Shown: piece after piece, positions 1-13,318 of the stretch
Position numbering within the stretch: the stretch's first letter is position 1
Layout of the letters: the number at the start of each line of letters is the position of its first letter
NCBI RefSeq assembly: GCF_009914755.1
Contig: NC_060928.1
Direction: 5' to 3' (one strand)
DNA from: the human T2T-CHM13v2.0 reference genome, Homo sapiens
DNA length: 64,000 bases
Position numbers and translations under genes: made by a program
Notes under the pieces: generated by a model
Databases searched by the model: none
Told to the model about the DNA's origin: nothing
Seen by the model: the letters and a program-made list of their open reading frames with translations, nothing else

Positions 1-269
1 GTGGCATGATCTTACCTCACTGCAACCTTCACCTCCCAGGCTCAAGAGATCCTCCCACCTCAGCCTTCTGAGTAGCTAAGACTACAGGTGCATGCTACCA
101 TGCACAGCCAATTTATTTTTATTTTTGTTTTTGTTTTTGTTTTTATTTTTTGTAGAGATGGGTTTCACCATGTTGCCCAGGCTGGTCTCGAACTCCTGGG
201 CTCAAGTGATCTGCTTGTCTTGGCCTCCCAAAGTGCTGAGATTACAGGTGTGAGCCACTGAGCCAGGCC
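1..269 (-). mobile_element. Alu SINE, old AluJ-like, truncated by the window edge
   Basis: Antisense Alu motifs: cctcccacctcagcc, T-rich linker, gttgcccaggctggtctcgaactcctgggctcaag, cccaaagtgctgagattacaggtgtgagccac. Confidence 0.93.
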
Positions 270-2119
270 GTGATATTCCTTTAGCCCTAATATCAAGTCA
301 ACCATTCTATTGGTCGCCCCAGTGCAACTAACTTATAGTGTCTGCCCACTTGAACTTCACCTAGTTTACTTGGTTATTATTTAGCAAACAAAGTGGCTTG
401 GACAGCAAATTGGAATGGAAAAGACTTGTTGAGCAAAGCTGGGTGCAAGTCAAGATTATTAGAAAAAATAACCTGCTTCGTACTCACACAGATCCCCAAG
501 AGAGCCTCTTCATTCTGACTAATAAACTGGCGTCTGTTTTCAAGTCTGATTGTTTGAATAAAAAAGAATTTCTGCTTGAAGAAAATGAAAGTGTACTTGG
601 GTATCACATGTACCTCACCTTCAAATATCTAACTTACACAATAGACACCCATAATAATACATCTTCCTCAATCAACCTAAATATATTAAACTGGAGTTTC
701 CAGCACTGGCCTAGGTGTTATTCAGGTGCCAATAGCTGTATTCAAGGAAGAAACAGTCCTTAAATAACTGAACTTAGAACCAAAAAGCTAAAAAAAAAGC
801 ATGATTCTTAAATGTGGTAATTATTTTTCTAGCACTATGAATAGTAGCCAACATTTTGTTTACACTTATCTTTGATTAATGTTAGTTCCTTCCTTAGCTA
901 AAATCTTTCTAGTTTTATTGTGTTTAAAAATAACTTTTGATGTGAATGCATAAATTATGTATAACATAGGCAAACAAAAAACAAGCAAAAACTCTAATAA
1001 TTTTGTTGTATGTTATATGAACTGGACAGATTAAGGTTCTCTATGATTTTTTCTGTCAAGTAATTGTAATTCTACCTTGTTTTCGAGGTTTGGTTCAGGT
1101 GTTTTCAAGAAGCTTCCTTCAGTCCTGTCTGAGCTAAGAACCTCTGAGAATGCTGTGAATATACATTTAGGGTTATGTTCACCATATGCTACATGCGAAA
1201 TGATATATTTCTGTATATTTTCCCCACTGAATTTAGTGTCTGTCCAAAGTAAGGACAGTCTCATTTTACTGCCATCATCTTCCGCAGAACTTGGCACCAG
1301 CTGGTTTACACCTTAAATGTCAGTTGAATGAACCTGAACTGATACTACCTCTTGCTGTAATCCATTCTTCTCTCATATAAACTGAGAGTGAGATGAACAT
1401 ATTCTACTAAATAAAGATGGGATGAGAATTCTTAACTTCATACTTTGCTGTTTTTCCCTTACCGACCCTCCAGCCAAGAAAACTGTGTTAAACTGTTCAG
1501 AAACCCAGCAAATCTGGCTGGAAAGAGAACATTATGTCCAAGCCACAGGAAGCATGAAAAGGAAATAAAAGAATTTCTCTGGAAGTATAAAGTTAGAAGT
1601 GTTAAGATGCCTTGGAAGCCAGGAACAATTGAAATATTTTCAAAGCACAAAGTTTCTGATTTCCTCAAAGGCAAAATATTTGAGTAAGACTTAACTATAT
1701 TCTAGCTTCTAATATATTAGCTTATTTTATTTTCACCCTGTATTTGGCTGACTTAGGTGCAGACATTCTAGTAATAATGAGATATTTGGAGTATTAGCAT
1801 GGCTATTTAATTATAATTTGTATTTTCTCTCAAGATGTGACTTTTTAAAGCTTTTATACAGTGCTTAATCATATTAGGTACATGTTTTCCCCTAAAGAAA
1901 TACCCACATAAAAAATTTGCAGAAAAACTTGCACTTTTTTCCAAAAGTATTTTGTGTTCTTTATTTAGTGTTAAATATAGGCTAACCACAGTATCTTGAG
2001 ATTGATTATTTTAAAAATAGACTAGTATTATGGATGTGCTCAAGCAGAAAGCTACGGATGCAATTTTAAAAATTCCATTTGGCTGTCATTGGAAAGCGTA
2101 ATACTCTAGTTTTTAAGTA

Positions 2120-2245
2120 GACATGCTTTGGAGTCACCCAGATGTGGGATTAAATTCAACTTCTGCAGATTAATAAGTGAGACTTTGGGGATTCTATGTA
2201 ATCTCTTTGAGCTGCATCTTTCTCACCTATAAAATAATAACACTG
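2120..2245 (+). mobile_element. MIR SINE fragment
   Basis: gctttggagtca...gtgagactttggg...aatctctttgagctgcatctttctcacctataaaat resembles the MIR core. Confidence 0.55.
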
Positions 2246-2850
2246 TATACATATGGCATGTTTTGAGGTTTTAAATTCTCAATTGGTAGCTATTCATATA
2301 CCCTCTATGAAATAGTTTTTTTTTTTTTTTAAACTATTCACTTGATGTCAAGGGATTTGTCTACTTTCCAATTGGGTATTTTCTAATTTCCAACCTATTA
2401 TAGGAAAGACAGATCACTGTCTTCATTTTACTAACTGTCTTACTAACTGCCATGTTTTCTATTTCCTTCTACCTCACCACAAACTCCTGGTCTCTATGAT
2501 TCCATGCATAGTATAATCATTGAATGTGAATTTCACCTTTCATATAGAGTCTGGCTAATTTGCTTTCCTCTACTTCATTCATATCCATATACATTTATGA
2601 ACATCATGTTCTCTTTCCAGTTGCAAAATGTCCTTTATATGGCCTTTAAATGTATTGTCCATTTTGAAAATTAGGTGCACTTTCCCAGGCAGCTCCTCCA
2701 CACCCTCCGCTCCTTCCAGCCTGCCTCAGTCTTACATATGTTCAGCCAGACTTGGTTCTCTTTGACCACAATTTCACCTCCATTTTCCCTAGTCTGTCCT
2801 TGTATAAGTCACAGAGTTCTTCTTATTTTGCTATACCACGCCTTTATATG

Positions 2851-3186
<336 letters not shown>

Positions 3187-3244
3187 TGATTTGTTGTAAG
3201 TAGAATATTTGGAATGAAGTTTGGAATGCTGTTTAATCTGTCCA

Positions 3245-3360
3245 AAACTGTTTCCTTATCTGTGAAATTAGGATAGAGAAGTGACTTTACAGATGTTTCA
3301 TGAAGATCAAATGAGATGACATACATGAAATTTTCGGCATATAGTAGGTGCTCAAATTTT
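3245..3360 (+). mobile_element. MIR SINE 3' fragment
   Basis: ctgtttccttatctgtgaaat...gaagatcaaatgagatga...ggcatatagtaggtgctcaa. Confidence 0.65.
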
Positions 3361-3494
3361 AGTAGTTTTCTGGCCTTCTGTACCTTTTTCTCCCCTGTAG
3401 AAATCATTGTGAAAATAAAATTCATTTTTTATGATAATTAAATGCCTCTTACGTAAGTTTTCCTCCTAGGAACTTATATTTTAAAATTAAATTA

Positions 3495-4310
3495 TAAAAG
3501 GCAACCCAAAGAATAAGAGAAAATATGTGCAAAGCATACGTCTAATAAAAGACTATTATCCAAAATATATAAAGAACTCTTAGAACTCAAAAATATCAAA
3601 AAAATAACCCTATTGAAAATGGGCAAAGGACTTTAATAGATGTTTCCCCAAAGAAGATATACAAATGTTCATTAAGCATGTGAAACTATGCTCAATGACA
3701 TTAGTCACTAGGGAGATGAAAATTAACATCATGCTGAGGTGATAAGCACTTCACACCCACAAGGATGAGCATAATCAAAATGACAGACAATAGTGGAGAA
3801 ATTGGAACCCTCATGCATTGCTGGTAGGAATGTAAAATGTGCAGCTGCTTTGTAAAATGGTTTGGCAGTTCTTCAAAAATCTAAACATAGAGTTAGCAGA
3901 CAACCTGGCAATTTCACTTCTAGGTATATATCCAAGAGAAAGGAAAACATATGTCCACAAAAAAAAAGTATGCAAGAAGGTTCATAGCACCATTATTCAT
4001 AATAGCTGACAAAGTGACAACAATCCAAATGTCCATCAACATATGAAAGGTTAAACAAAATATGGTGCATCCATACATAGAAATATTTGTAATAAAAAAG
4101 GAATGAAATATTGATATATGTTACCACATGGATGAACCTTGTGAATATTATGCTACGCAAAGTGAGGTAAGTTACAAAAGATCACATATTATATTATTCC
4201 ATTTATAGGAAATGTCTAGAATAGGCAAATGCGTAGAGACAAAAATAGGACTAGTGGTTGCCAGGGGGTGGAGGGGAAGAAGAATCAGAAGCCATTGCTA
4301 GTGGATATAT
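3495..4310 (+). mobile_element. Ancient L1 (L1ME1/L1MB-type) ORF2 end and 3'UTR, left part
   Basis: aaaatgggcaaaggactttaataga, gaaattggaaccctcatgcattgctggtaggaatgtaaaatg, ctagtggttgccaggg. Continues at about 12173. Confidence 0.85.
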
Positions 4311-4337
4311 TATTGTTTGTTGGTTTTTGTGAATAGA

Positions 4338-4502
4338 TTTTTTTTTTTTTACTTATTTTACTGTTTTTGATTTTTTTATTTTTTGTAGAAACAGGATCTC
4401 ACTGTATTGCCCTGGCTGTTCTGAACTCCTGGCTTCAAGCTATCCTCCTGTCCCAACCTCCCAAAGTGCTGGGAGTACAGGCATGAGCCACCACACCTGG
4501 CC
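4338..4502 (-). mobile_element. FLAM-type Alu monomer
   Basis: Single left-arm monomer (tgtagaaacaggatctcactg...gccaccacacctggcc) preceded by a T-rich tail. Confidence 0.85.
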
Positions 4503-5653
4503 TAGACTATTTTTTAGTGCAGGTTTAGGTTCACAGCAAAATGAAGTGCGAAGTACAGAAATTTCCCATTTACCCCTTGCCACCCCCATACACACAGGTC
4601 TACCACTATGAAAATCCCACACCAGAGTGGAACATTTGTTACAATTGGTGAAACTACATTAACATATCATTATCACCCAAAGTCCATAGTATACATCACA
4701 GTTCACTCTTGGTGTTGTACATTCTATGAGTCTTGACAAATGTATAATGACATGTATCCACCATCATAGTATCTTACAGAGTAGTTTCACTGCCCTAAAA
4801 ATACTCTGCACTCTGTCTATTTGTCCCTCATTCCCTTTGCCACTGGAAAACACTGAATTTTTTCCAGTTGCCATTATTTTGCTTTCTTCACAATGTCATA
4901 TAGTTGGAACCATACAGTATAAAGCTTTTTCACATTGGCTTCTTTCATTTAGTAAAATGCATTTAAGGTTTCTTCACATCTTTTAATGGTTTGATAGTTC
5001 ATTTCTTTTTAGCACTAAATAATATTCTATTGATATAGATATCACTATATCTATATCACTAAATAATATAGCACTAAATAATATAGCACTAAATAATATA
5101 TCTATTGACATAGATATATCACTGTTTATCCATTCACCTTCTGAAGAACATCATGGTTGCTTCCAAGTTTTGGCAAGTAGGAGTAAAGCTGCTATAAACA
5201 TCCATGTGCAAGCTTTGTGTAGACATAAGTTTTTAACTCATTTGGGTAAATACCAAGGAGTGTGATTTTTGGATCATATGGTAAGAGTATGTTCAGTATT
5301 ATAAGAATTTCCAAACTATCTTCCAATGTGATTGTACCCTTGTGAATTCCCACTAGAAATGAATGAGAGTTCCTGTTGCCCCCCATCCTTGCCAGCATTT
5401 GGTGTTGTTAGTCTTTTGGCCATTCTAATGATATGTGGTAGTATCTCTTTGTTATTTTAACTTTCAATTCTCTAATGACATATGATATTGAGCAACTTTT
5501 CATATGCTTATTTAACTTCTGTGCAACTTTTTTGGTGAAACATCTGTTCAAGTATTTTATACATTTTACATTGTGTTATTACTTTTCTTGTTGTTGAGTT
5601 TTCAAATTTCTTTATATATTTTTGATTACAGCCTCTTATCAGATATGTCTTTT

Positions 5654-6494
5654 TTAAAAAATTTATTTTAAGTCCTGGAATCCACGTGCAGAATGTGCGG
5701 GTTTGTTACATAGGTGAACATGTGCCATGGTGGTTTGCTGCACCTGTCAACCCATCACCTAGGTATTAAGCCCAACATGTATTAGCCATTTATCCTGATT
5801 CTCTTCCTCCCCTGACCCCCTGCCAGCAGGCCCTAGTGTGTGTTGTTCCCCTCCCTGTGTCCATGTGTTCTCATTGTTCAGCTCCCACTTATGAGTGAGA
5901 AGATACAGTGTTTGGATTTTTGTTCCTGTGTTAGTTTGCTGAGGATAATGGCTTCCAGCTCCATCCATGTCCCTGCAAAGGACATGATCTCATTCCTCTT
6001 TATGGCTATATAGTATTCCATGGTATGTGTGTACCACATTTTCTTTATTCAGGCTATGATTGATGGGCATTTGCGTTGATTCCATGTCTATGCTATTGTG
6101 AATAGTGTTGCAATAAACATACATGTGCATGTATCTTTATAATAGAATGATTTACATTCCTTTGGGTATATACCCAGTAATGGGATTGCTGGGTCAAATG
6201 GTATTTCAAAGTGGGCAAAGAACATGAACAGGAACTTCTCAAAAGAAGACATTTATGCAGCCAACAAACATATGAAAAAAAGCTCAGCATCACTGATCAT
6301 TAGAGAAATGCAAATCAAAACCACAATGAGATACCACCTCATGCCAATCAGAATGGCAATTATTAAAAAGTCAAGAATCAACAGATCCTGGTGAGACTGT
6401 AGAGAAATAGAAACACTTTTACTCTGTTGGTGGGAATGTAAATTAGTTCAACCATTATAGAAGACAGTATGGCAATTCCTCAAGGATCTAGAAC
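5654..6494 (-). mobile_element. L1PA 3' fragment with a 5' inversion (twin priming)
   Basis: 5654-6207 is an antisense L1PA 3'UTR/ORF2 end; 6207-6496 is sense L1 ORF2. 14-bp TSD CAGATATGTCTTTT at 5640-5653 and 6495-6508. Confidence 0.92.
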
Positions 6495-6558
6495 CAGATA
6501 TGTCTTTTGAAAATATTTTCTCCTAGGTCTGTGGCTTCTCTTCTCATTCCCTCTTCGC

Positions 6559-6840
6559 TTTTTTTACTTTTATTTTAGGTTCAGGGAGTACATGTGCAGG
6601 TTTGTTACATGGGTAAATTTCATGTCACTGATGCTTGATGTATGAATGATCCCATCACCTAGGTAGCGAATGTAGCATAAGTAGCCTTCCAACTCATGCC
6701 TCCTTCCCACCCTCCCCCATCAAGTAGTTCCCAGTGTCTGTTGTTCCCATCTTTGTGTCTATGTGTATTCAATGTTTAGCTTCCACTTGTAAGTGAGAAC
6801 ATGTGGTATTTGGTTTTCTATTCCTCTATTAGTTGGCTTT
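6559..6840 (-). mobile_element. Older L1PA/L1PB 3' end fragment
   Basis: ggttcagggagtacatgtgcaggtttgttacatggg...ccacttgtaagtgagaacatgtggtatttggttttc. Confidence 0.85.
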
Positions 6841-7751
6841 GCTGAGAGTTTTTATTATAAATGGATGGTAGATTTTTTTCAAATGTTTTTTCTGCATCCG
6901 TTAACATGATCATGTGATTTTTTTAGCCTGTTGATGTGATAAATTACATTAATTGATATTCAATTATACCCAGTTGATTGATGGTATTGTTGAGTTCAAC
7001 TATGCCCTTACTGAATTTTTGCCTGCTGTATCTGTCCATTTCTAATCAAGGGATGTTGAAATCTTCAACTATAATAGTGGATTCATCTATTTCTCCTTGT
7101 AGTTAAATCAGTTTTTACCTCACATATTATGCTACTCTTTTGTTAGTCATTTAAATGTTAATGTTTTTATGTCTTCTTGGAGAACCGACATTTATCATTA
7201 TATAATGGCCCATTTTATGTCTGATAACTTTCCTTCCTTTGAATTCTGTTCTGAAATTATCATAGCTACTCCTGCTTTACTTTGATTAGTATTAGCATTG
7301 TATATCATTCTCTATCCATGTACTTTTCATCTATGCATCTTTATATTTAAAATGGTTTCTTGTAGACAACAAATAGTTGGATCTTGTTTTTTGCCCACTC
7401 TAACAATCTCCATATTTTAACTGGTGCATTTAGATCATTGATGTTCAAAGTCATTCTTGATATTGTTGGATTAATATTTGTCATAATTGCTACCATTTTC
7501 AGCTTGTTGCCCTTATTCTTTGTTCCAATTTTTTCCACTTTTATTTGCCTTCGTAGTTTTAATTATTCATTTCGCATAATACCATTTTATCCTTTCTCAG
7601 TATGTCAGTTATGATGTTTTAATTTTTTTAGTGGGTTTTTAAAACTGTTTTTAGTATTGTAGTTTTTTTTTACTATTATAATATTTTTTCTAGAGTTTGT
7701 AATACACATTTACAACTAATCTAAGCCCACTTTCAGAAACACTATATCACT

Positions 7752-10205
7752 TGTATTAGTCCATTCCTGCATTGCTATAAAGAAATATCCAAGACTAGGT
7801 AATTTATAAAGAAAAGAGGTTTAATTGGGTCACAGTTTTGCACATTGTACAGGAAGCATAATGGCTTCTGCCTCTGGGGAAGCCTCAGGAGGCTTTTACA
7901 CATGGCAGGAGGCAAAAGGGGAGTGATGCACTTCTTACATGGCAAGAGCAGGACTTGTGGGGGAAAAGTGCTCCACACTTTTAAACAACCAGATCTTCTA
8001 ATAACTCATTCACTATCACAAGAAGAGCACCAAGAGGGTGGTGCTAAACCATTAATGAGAACGGCACCCACATGATCCAATCATCTCCTCCCAGGCCCCA
8101 CCTCCAACACTGTGGATTACAATTCAAAATGAGATTTGAGTGGTGACACAGATTAAAACCATGTGATTCCACCCCTAGCACCTCCAAAATCTCATGTCCT
8201 TCTCACATTGCAAAATACAGTCATGCCTTCCCAACAGTCCCTCAAAGTCTTGACTTATTCTAGCATTAACTCAAAAGTCCAAAGTCCAAAGTCTCATCTA
8301 AGGCAAGGTTAGTTCCTTCCACCTATGAGCCTGTAAAATAAAAAACAAGTTAGCTACATCCAACATATGATGGGGTTATAGGCATTGGGTATACATTGCC
8401 ATTCCAAAAGGGAGAAATTAGCCAAAAGAAAGGGGCTATAGGCCCCCAGCAAGTCCAAAACCCAGCAGAACATTTATTAAATATTAAAGCTCCAAAATAA
8501 TCCCTTTTGACTCTATGTCTCACATCTAGGGCATATTGATGCAAAGAGGGGGCTCCCAAGGCCTTGGGCAGCTCTGCCCCTGTGTCTTTGCAGGATCCAG
8601 TCCCAGTGGCTGCTCTCAAAGACTGATGTTGAGTGTCTGCAGTTTTTCCAGGCACAGGGTGCAAGCTGCTGGGGGATCTACCATTCTGGGATCTGGAGAA
8701 TAGTGGCCTCTTTCTCACAGGTCCACTAGGCAGTGCCCCAGTGGGGACTCTGTGTAGGGGCTCCAACCCCACATTTCCCCTCTGGACTGCACTAATAGAG
8801 GTTCTCCATGAGGGCTCTGCCCCTGCAGCAGGCTTCTGCTTGGACATCCAGGCATTTCCATCCATCCTCTCAAATCTAGGTAGAGGCTTCCAAGCCTCAA
8901 CTCTTCTTACATTTTGCGCACCTGCAGGCTTAATGCCACATGAAAGCAGCCAAGACTTATGGCTTACATCTTCTGAAGAAGTGGTCCAAGCTATACATGG
9001 GCCCCTTTGAGCCACAGCTGGAGCTGGAGCAGCTGGAATGCAGAAAGCAGTGTCTAGAGTTGGCACAGGGCAGTGGGGTCCTGGCTCTGGCCCACAAAAC
9101 CATTGTCTTCCTAAGACTCTGGGTCTATGATGGGAGGGGCTACTGTGAAGCTCTCTGAAATGTCTTAGAGGCCTTTTCCCTATTGTCTTGCATATTAGCA
9201 CTTGCCTTCCTTTTAGTTATGCAAATTTATGCAGCTTGCTTGAATTCCTCTTCTGAAAATGGGCTTTCCTTTTCTACCAGATGACTAAGCTGCAAATTTT
9301 CCAAACTTTTAGACTCTGCTTCCCCTTTAAATATAAGTTCCAGTTTCATGTCATTTCTTTGCTCATGCATATGAGCTTAGGCTGTTAGAAGCAGCCAGGC
9401 CACATCTTAAATACTTTGCTACTTAGAAATTTCTTGTGCCAGATACCCTAAATCATTATTCTTAAGTTTAAAGTTTCACAGATCCCTAGAACAGAAGCAC
9501 AAGTTCTTTGCTAAAGCATAACCAAAGGGAGCTTTGTTCCACTTCCCAATAAGTTCCTCATTTCCATCTGAGACCTCCTCAGCCTGGACTTCACTGTCTA
9601 TATCACTATCAGCATTTTGATCACAATTTAACAAGTCTCTAGGAAGTTTCAAATTTCCCTTCATCTTCCTTTCTTCTTCTGAGCCCTCCACAGTCTTACA
9701 ACCTCTGCCTGTTACCCAATTCCAAAGCTGCTTCCACATTTTCAGGTATCTTTATAGCAATGCCCCACTTCTCAGTACCAATTTTCTGTATTAGTTCATT
9801 ATTGCACTGCTATAAAGAAATATCTGAGACTACATAACTTATAAAGAAAATAAGTTCAATTGGCTCACAGTTTTGTACACTGTACAGGAAGCATATTGGC
9901 TTCTGCTTATGGGGAGGCCTTGGGAAGCTCTTACTCATAGAAGAAGGCAAAGCGGGAGTGAGGCACTTCTTACATGGCAGGAGCAGAATTCTGGGGGGTG
10001 GGGGGAAGTGCTACACACTTTCAAACAACCAGATTTTGCAATAACTCACTCACTATCACAAGAAGAGCACCAAGAGGATGGTGCTAAACCATTAATGAGA
10101 AATACACCCACATAATCTAATCACCTCCCACCAAGCCCCACCTCCAACACTGGGGATTACAATTCAACATGAGATTTGGGTGAGAACAGAGATTTAACCA
10201 TATCA
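7752..10205 (-). mobile_element. Complete two-LTR MaLR element (MST-type)
   Basis: Direct LTRs at 7752-8166 and 9787-10205 (tgtattagt...aaccatatca). About 1.6 kb of MST/THE1-type internal sequence with ORF remnants 9476..9739 and 8350..9201. 5-bp TSD tcact/ccact. Confidence 0.93.
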
Positions 10206-12172
10206 CCACTTCACAGGTAATGTATCTTGTAATAAAATAATTTAAATTATTTCCTCCCATCCCTTGTATCATGGCTGTCATTCATGTTACTTGTATATAA
10301 GCACACTTAAGCATATATTATATATGTATATATACAGAAATGTATATATAATCAAATAAATTTTTTCTATTATTATTTTGAGCAAACTGTTATCTGTTAG
10401 GTCAATTGGGAATACAAAAAAATAAAGTTTTATTTTACCCTAACTTATTCTTTCTTTGATGTTCTTCCCATCTTTATGTAGATTTGAGTTTCTCACCTAT
10501 AATATTTTCCTTCTCTCTAAGGAACTCCTTTTAACATTTTTTTGTTAAAACAGGCCTATTTTGATTTCTGATGATTTCTCTGTTTGCCTGAGAAAGTATT
10601 TATTTCTCATTCACTTTTAAAGGATAATTTTAAAGGATACAGAATTCTAGCTTGGTAAGTTTTTTTTTTTCTTCTCAAGATTTTAAATATTTTGCTCCAC
10701 TCTATTCTTGCTTACATGGTTTCTGACAAGTCAGATATAATTCTTATCTTTGCTCCTCTATAGGTAACATTTTTTTCCTCTGGCTTCTTTCAGAATGTTT
10801 TGTTTATCTTTGATTTTCTAAAATATGAAATGATATACCTATATATAGCTTTTTAAATATTTATCTTGTGTTCTCTGAGCTTCCTGGGTCTGTGGTTTGG
10901 TGTCTGTTATTAATTTGAGAAATTCCTTATTGTTATCACTTCAAATATTTCTTCTGTTCTTTACTCTCTTTCTTTCTCTTCTCATATTCCCATTTTGCTT
11001 ATGTTATACTTTTTATAGGTGACCCACAGTTTTTAGATATCTGTTCTTTTCAAAATCTTCTTTCTCTTTGCTTTCCTGTTAGGTGTTTCCATGCCATATG
11101 TCCAAGCTCAATACTCTTTCTCAGCCATGTCCATTCTACCAATGAGCATGAAAAGCATTCTTCATGTCTGTTAGTGTTTTTGCTCTCTAGCATTTCTTTT
11201 TTATCCTTAGAATTTTCATCTGTCTGCTTGCATTGTCCATCTGTTCTTGCGTGCTATCTACTTTATCCATCTGAGCCCTTAGCATATTAATTATAGTTGT
11301 TTCAAAGTATTGGTCTGATAGTTCCAATATCCCTACCATATCTTAGTCTGGTTCTGATGCTTGCTGTCTCCTCAAACTGTGTTTTTTTTTGCCTTTTAGT
11401 ATGCCTTGTAATTTTTCCTTGATGGCTGGATATGAGGTGCTGGGGAATAGACTTGCCTTTAGTAATGTAGTGGGAAGGTATGGGGGATGGGAAAGCATTC
11501 TATAGAACTAAGATTTGTCCTCAGTCTTTTAGTAAGCCTTTGAACTGGGAATTTCAGAAGTGCTTCTCAGTTTTCTCTCTCACAAAGTGAAACAGGATGA
11601 CCACAGGAGGCAGGAATTGGATATTTCTCTTCTGCCAGGTCACTTAAGTGCTGATAAAACTGTAACAGCTTACACTATAGTAAAACAGTGTCTGTTGAGG
11701 GCAGACCTGTTAGGAAGAGCAGAATGCTTTGGTCTGTTTCAGAGCATTGGTTTCTTTTCTCCTCTCCCTGCCAGAAGCACATGGAATTTTTCTCCAATAT
11801 TCATTGTGATAATTTAGTTGAACTCCTAGGGGTAAAACTCACAAAAGTGGGGGGATCTCCCTATGACTGGTTTCCCTGGGAGTTTTTAATGCTCACACTT
11901 GCCCTATTGTAGGAACCACTCAGGTCTCACACTCAGGCACTGGTTGGTTCCAATGGAGGTTTCTTCTTAGGGGTTTCTGCTATGGTGAATTATGAATTTT
12001 TTTTATATTGGTCTGCCTCTCTAATTTGGGGGACAGTGGATTTTCCTTCTGACCTCACTTTTCTGAAAGATCTAAGAAGAGTTGTTGATTTTTCAGTTTG
12101 TTCAGGTTTTTGCTTGTTAGGACAAAATGACAACTTTCAAGCCCCTTTCATATGAGACCAGAAACCAAAACT

Positions 12173-12327
12173 TGGAAATTTGTTTTTGGAGTAGTGAAAA
12201 TTCTCTGGAGCTAGATAGGGATGATGATTTAACAACTCTGTTAATATTCTAAAAACTACTGAATTGTATACTTTTAAAAAGTGAATGTATGTCACTTTTT
12301 AGTATGTCAATTGTATCTCAATAATAA
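12173..12327 (+). mobile_element. Ancient L1 extreme 3' end, right part of the element at 3495-4310
   Basis: tttttggagtagtgaaaattctctgg...aaaactactgaattgtatacttttaaa...tatctcaataa. Confidence 0.8.
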
Positions 12328-13174
12328 AATCATACAACAGATTAGCCTGAAATACAAATAACCTTCACAGTTTTCATTCCCGATGACAAAACAAAAAGAT
12401 GCTCGAGAAATGCTATTTACGACAAAAGTAGTCCTATAATAAAATGTATTTAAATGCTATGTCACAAAGCACAGACCACAATATAATGCTGTTAGGTGAC
12501 AGGGCTGTAGTGTCATTTTATCAATTACTTTGCTTCAGTATGTTTTTTTACTTGAATAAAATAGTGTTCACCATTAGTCAACAATTTTAACTGATAGCCC
12601 TTTTTGTTATCTTCCAGACAATATTCAAGATTTAGAAGTCAGATAGGCAGCAGTGTTTGTTCTAAAACTGAATTCATAGATGTTTTTCTAGTCTGTGGGC
12701 TAGAATATGGGACCATGTAGAGTAATACTCTGGACTCCAAAGGAGAGAGAGTTGATCAAAACTAGTCAGGTTTCAAAGCCCCAGCCATTTACTGGGAAAA
12801 TGCTCCCAGAAGATGACTCTGACATTGACTAGGAAACTAGAAAAATAAGGATTGTGTAAACCAAAACGACAGAGGAAATGAAGACCTGCAGCTTTGCAGT
12901 GATAATTTTTGGATGGAACAGATTTGTGTCTCAATTCTGCAACTGTGTCTAAACCACCATGATTAGAAGTTTGTCTTAGATCTCAGAGGGTGACCTTAAA
13001 AATATCTTTTATTTTTTTGAAATTATTAAGGCTCAGAACAGACCTGGACTGCAGATGGGGTCATATGTGGATCCAGTAATGGAAAGATATGAGATGCAGA
13101 GGTTGAGGAATTCAGGCAGAGGGTGGCGTGTGGGGAAGATTTTTAGTGTGTGCTAGTTAAAAACTTATTGTCAT

Positions 13175-13318
13175 ATTAAGACTCAGGAACCAAACTGCCT
13201 GGATTTGAATCCTAGTTCTATCATTTACTAGCTGAGTGACACTGGGCAAGTTCATGCTGAATTTCCTTATCTGTGAAATGAGAGAAACAAAAGTACTACT
13301 TCATAGGGTAGTTTGTGA
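13175..13318 (+). mobile_element. MIR SINE
   Basis: ctgcctggatttgaatcctagttctatcatttactagctgagtgacactgggcaagtt...tttccttatctgtgaaatg. Confidence 0.8.

Larger units (their letters stand above)
4505..12172 (-). mobile_element. Long ancient L1 (L1MC/L1MD-type), 3'UTR to 5' region, internally deleted and interrupted by younger inserts
   Basis: 3' end aggttcacagcaaaatga...agtacagaaatttccca at 4527. ORF2 endonuclease N-terminal remnant (TLNINDLNAPVK, ORF 7347..7538). ORF1/5'-like T-rich antisense sequence at 10210-12170. Confidence 0.75.

Noticed and set aside
377-1989. Short ORFs in apparently unique AT-rich DNA
   Set aside because: No recognisable homology or convincing exon structure; lengths are within chance expectation.
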